Positions 21,129-23,867 of a stretch of DNA of 23,867 bases are shown here, piece by piece (position 1 is the stretch's first letter; each line of letters begins with the position of its first letter). The stretch is from contig OY253686.1 in NCBI GenBank assembly GCA_958009085.1, forward strand, positions 868,001-891,867, written 5' to 3'. A program made the position numbers and the translations under genes. Under the pieces are notes generated by a model. The model saw only the letters and a program-made list of their open reading frames with translations, ran no database searches and had not been told where the DNA came from. This DNA is from Protoeuglena noctilucae (lineage: Eukaryota).

Positions 21129-23055
21129 TCAGTCCAGCCCCTCCAAATCGTTGCCCTTCCCCACCAGCTCCGACGCTCCACCCGCCCCCGACCACGCCCC
21201 GACGCCGCCCTGTGCTCCGCCCTGAGCACCGGCAGCGTCTTGGCCTGACCCGCTGCCCCCCGGCAGCGCAGGCACCGCCGTGGCTGCCCCCGTCAGCGAC
21301 CCAGGCACCGTCCCCGGCAGCGCAGCCACGGGCACGGGCGCACCCCCCGGGCCCTCCACGGCCAGCGCCCCCGTCGGCGCATTCCCCAGCCCCAGCCCCA
21401 CTGCGTCCGGCCCCACCAGCGCCCGCACGTCCTCCCAGGCCAGCGCTGGCGGCACGTACGCAGACATGGCCGCCTCCCCGCCCTCCCTCAGCACCCCCTC
21501 CAGCAGCGACACGCGGTCCCTCACCGCCGCGGGGTGCTCCAACAGCAAGTCCAGCTGCAGGGATGGGGTGCGATAACATGCATAAGGGTGCGCTGCCAGA
21601 GTGGGAATGACGTAGGCGAGGGTGCTAGGCGGCGAAGTCATTGACATAGGCATTGTGTCCCTGCCCCACCCACCTCGTCGGCATCCATGGCGAGGAGCTT
21701 GTCCTGCACAGGCGCGGGCAGCCCCTCCGGGAATTGCTCGGCCAGGCGGTGGCGCATCCACTCGTAATAGTAGAAGTTGGGGGGGTGGGAGCGGAGGACC
21801 TCGGGGAGCTGCCGCTCGGACTCGACCTGCATCCACCGGTCAAGCCCCGCCGCGCCCCCGGCGTCCAGGGCCACCCTGCGACGAGGGGCGAGCGACCGTG
21901 CCACCCATGCATGCATGACTACACCCAAGCCACCCTCGCAGCCCCGCACCTCTGGTCCTCCGTCAGCCTCGCGCAGGTGTCCTGATACCGCGCGAACACC
22001 CACTCGGCGGCCGCCCTGTCATCCACCGGCAGCGCGGACGTGTCGAGGGCAACACCCGTGCCACCCCGGGACACCCGGCAGCCCAGGGCGTCCAGGGCCA
22101 GCCGCAGCTGCTGCGCCGCGGGTGCGTGCTGCGCCGATGACGCCAGCGCCAGGCCCAGGGCCACGTGTGCCGCCGCCCCCTCCTCCCCATGGGAGGGGTC
22201 ACGCGGGGCACCGCTCACTGCGTTGCGGCCGTCCGCCACCGCCTGCAGCGCCTGGGGGCGGGGAAGACCACGGCACGGCTCAGGAGCGCTCTCCGATGCG
22301 CGGGGGCAGCCAGCGCCCTATGCCCTCTCCATTGCAGCGGGGGGTTGGTGGGGGGCGGGTATGGGCCGAGGATGCGCAGGCACTGCGAGCGCGTCTGCGG
22401 TCGCCCGCGGACCTGACCCATGCCCCCCCGAGGTGTCAGCGGCGGTGCCCCTGGCCCCCCCCACCTGCCCGTGGATGCGGTAGGCGTGCGCACGCAACGT
22501 GTACAGCATGCTCTCCATGCTCTTGGTGGCCCCCACGGCCGCCATCCCGCGGGCGCTGAGCGCGGCCTTGAGCGCCGCCTCCAGTCCCGGCACCTCCCCC
22601 AGCGCCGCCCGCAGGCACGCCACCAGGTCTCCATTGGACGCCCGCACCCGGCTGGGCACGCGCCGCAGCAGCTTGCCGTCGCGCGCGCTCAGGAGCCCGG
22701 GCTCCTCCGCCTTCCGAATCGCCAGAGCCGCCTCCGATGCTAGCCGTCTGCGGGGGCTGTGGTCGCGTCGTGTACGCTCCGCGTCGCGGGCAATTGGGAA
22801 CGGACACCAAAGCAGGACGGCGTGGACTTCGCGCGGGGGACATCAACGCCGAGTGCGGTGAGCGCAACCATTGATATTATCGATATAGGTCGCAATGTGC
22901 GAGTGGGGGGGCTGCCTCGGGGCGCGGCCGCGTCGCAGAGACCCAGGGACCGCCCACCTGCCGTCGGCGCTCGCCGTGCCAGCTGCCGCCGGCTCTGCAC
23001 CCGACGGACCCTGCATGGCCGTCGTGTCCTCTTCTGGCTCTGCTCCGCGGCACAT
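21129..23055 (-). CDS. Uncharacterised protein, ~436 aa, with TPR-like helices and an MLLE/PABC-like segment; exons 23055-22958, 22747-22465, 22251-21950, 21875-21674, 21554-21129
   Basis: All four GT-AG introns are phase-consistent. The product includes AAAHVALGLALASSAQHAPAAQQLRLAL and HPPNFYYYEWMRHRLAEQFPEGLPAPVQDKLLAMDADELDLLLEHPAAVRDRVSLLEGVL, and ends in DLEGLD. An alternative start ATG lies at 23016. Confidence 0.75.
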
Positions 23056-23608
23056 CCTGGCCCTTGGTCCCTCTGCAGGCGGTGCACGGTGTCCCAACAG
23101 TGCGTGAAACCGCTCCTTCTCGTTATGCACCGCGTCATGCGCCAAGAAGCCCCGAGGCAGAGCATAAGGGTCCAGCTTTATAATCACGCAGCCCGGGAGC
23201 CGCGAAATCAACGCCGCGATTCGCACGGGCGCGCGTGCCCTTTGGTATTCCCTCACGTCAGTGGGCGCGTGGCAACTGACCAAGGGCGCTTGGGATGAAA
23301 GGAGGGGCCGCGCGAACGCATGTGACAAGCTTAACTACGCGGCTTGAGAGGGTGCGCGCCCTGCCGCTGCTTCTGTTCGCTCGCACCGTGAGTCCAAATA
23401 AAAGCAGCTACTCCCGGCCAGCGGCAGGCGTTACCCACGCAGCGGTTGCCTCACCTTGCTCTTCCGGTGACGGAGCACTGCACGCGGTGACCCCGCGGAC
23501 GTGACACGCGTTCAGGGCGCGCAGAAGACCAGATGACAAGTGAGACACTCCGCTGCTCGGTAGCCGCTGTGCGAGGCTGAGCGAGCGTGAGGCTACTGGC
23601 AGTGGCCA

Positions 23609-23686
23609 TTGGGTTAGGGTAGGGTTAGGGTAGGGTTAGGGTTTAGGGTTAGTTTTATTTTTAGGTTAGGTAGGGTTAGGGTAGGG
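23609..23686 (+). repeat. Proximal telomere-variant repeats (TTGGG, TAGGG, TTTAGGG, TTAGG and a T-rich interruption)
   Basis: Read directly: TTGGG TTAGGG TAGGG TTAGGG TAGGG TTAGGG TTTAGGG TTAG TTTTATTTTTAGG TTAGG TAGGG TTAGGG TAGGG. Confidence 0.9.
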
Positions 23687-23867
23687 TTAGGGTTAGGGTT
23701 AGGGTTAGGGTTAGGGTTAGGGTTAGGGTTAGGGTTAGGGTTAGGGTTAGGGTTAGGGTTAGGGTTAGGGTTAGGGTTAGGGTTAGGGTTAGGGTTAGGG
23801 TTAGGGTTAGGGTTAGGGTTAGGGTTAGGGTTAGGGTTAGGGTTAGGGTTAGGGTTAGGGTTAGGGT
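23687..23867 (+). repeat. Telomere, (TTAGGG)30, right chromosome end
   Basis: Thirty perfect TTAGGG units run to the end of the sequence, with the G-rich strand oriented 5'->3' toward the terminus. Confidence 0.97.

Noticed and set aside
1..23600. Many long overlapping six-frame ORFs (e.g. 298-906 -, 3665-4480 +, 4731-5459 -, 14231-15043 +, 21777-22559 +)
   Set aside because: These are shadow frames expected at high GC. They have no recognisable motifs and are explained by spliced genes on another frame or strand.

Overview
A gene-dense, GC-rich, intron-rich eukaryotic chromosome end, most likely from a green alga. The evidence is a thylakoid PsbP-domain gene, a TIC62-like gene, short spliceosomal introns and a terminal (TTAGGG)n telomere. 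I reconstructed nine spliced genes by hand, each checked for splice phase: organellar release factor RF1 (+), PPD6 (-), a cytochrome P450 (+), a divergent malonyl-CoA decarboxylase (-), an uncharacterised BIVM-like/papain-fold candidate (+), organellar ribosomal protein S16 (-), an MTP7/ZnT9-type CDF transporter (+), a TIC62-like NAD(P)-binding protein (+) and an uncharacterised TPR + MLLE-like protein (-). The last of these starts about 550 bp from the telomere. The most notable features are: (1) about 12 of 55 modelled introns use GC donors, always after exonic AG; (2) the RF1 stop-codon recognition loop is atypical ([12 protein letters not shown]), hinting at a non-standard organellar stop code; (3) 20-30 nt copies of exon edges recur in adjacent introns or 3' UTRs; (4) internal introns look CpG-poor while gene starts are CpG-rich; (5) a vertebrate-type telomere has almost no subtelomere. 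All family assignments come from recalled motifs, not database searches.
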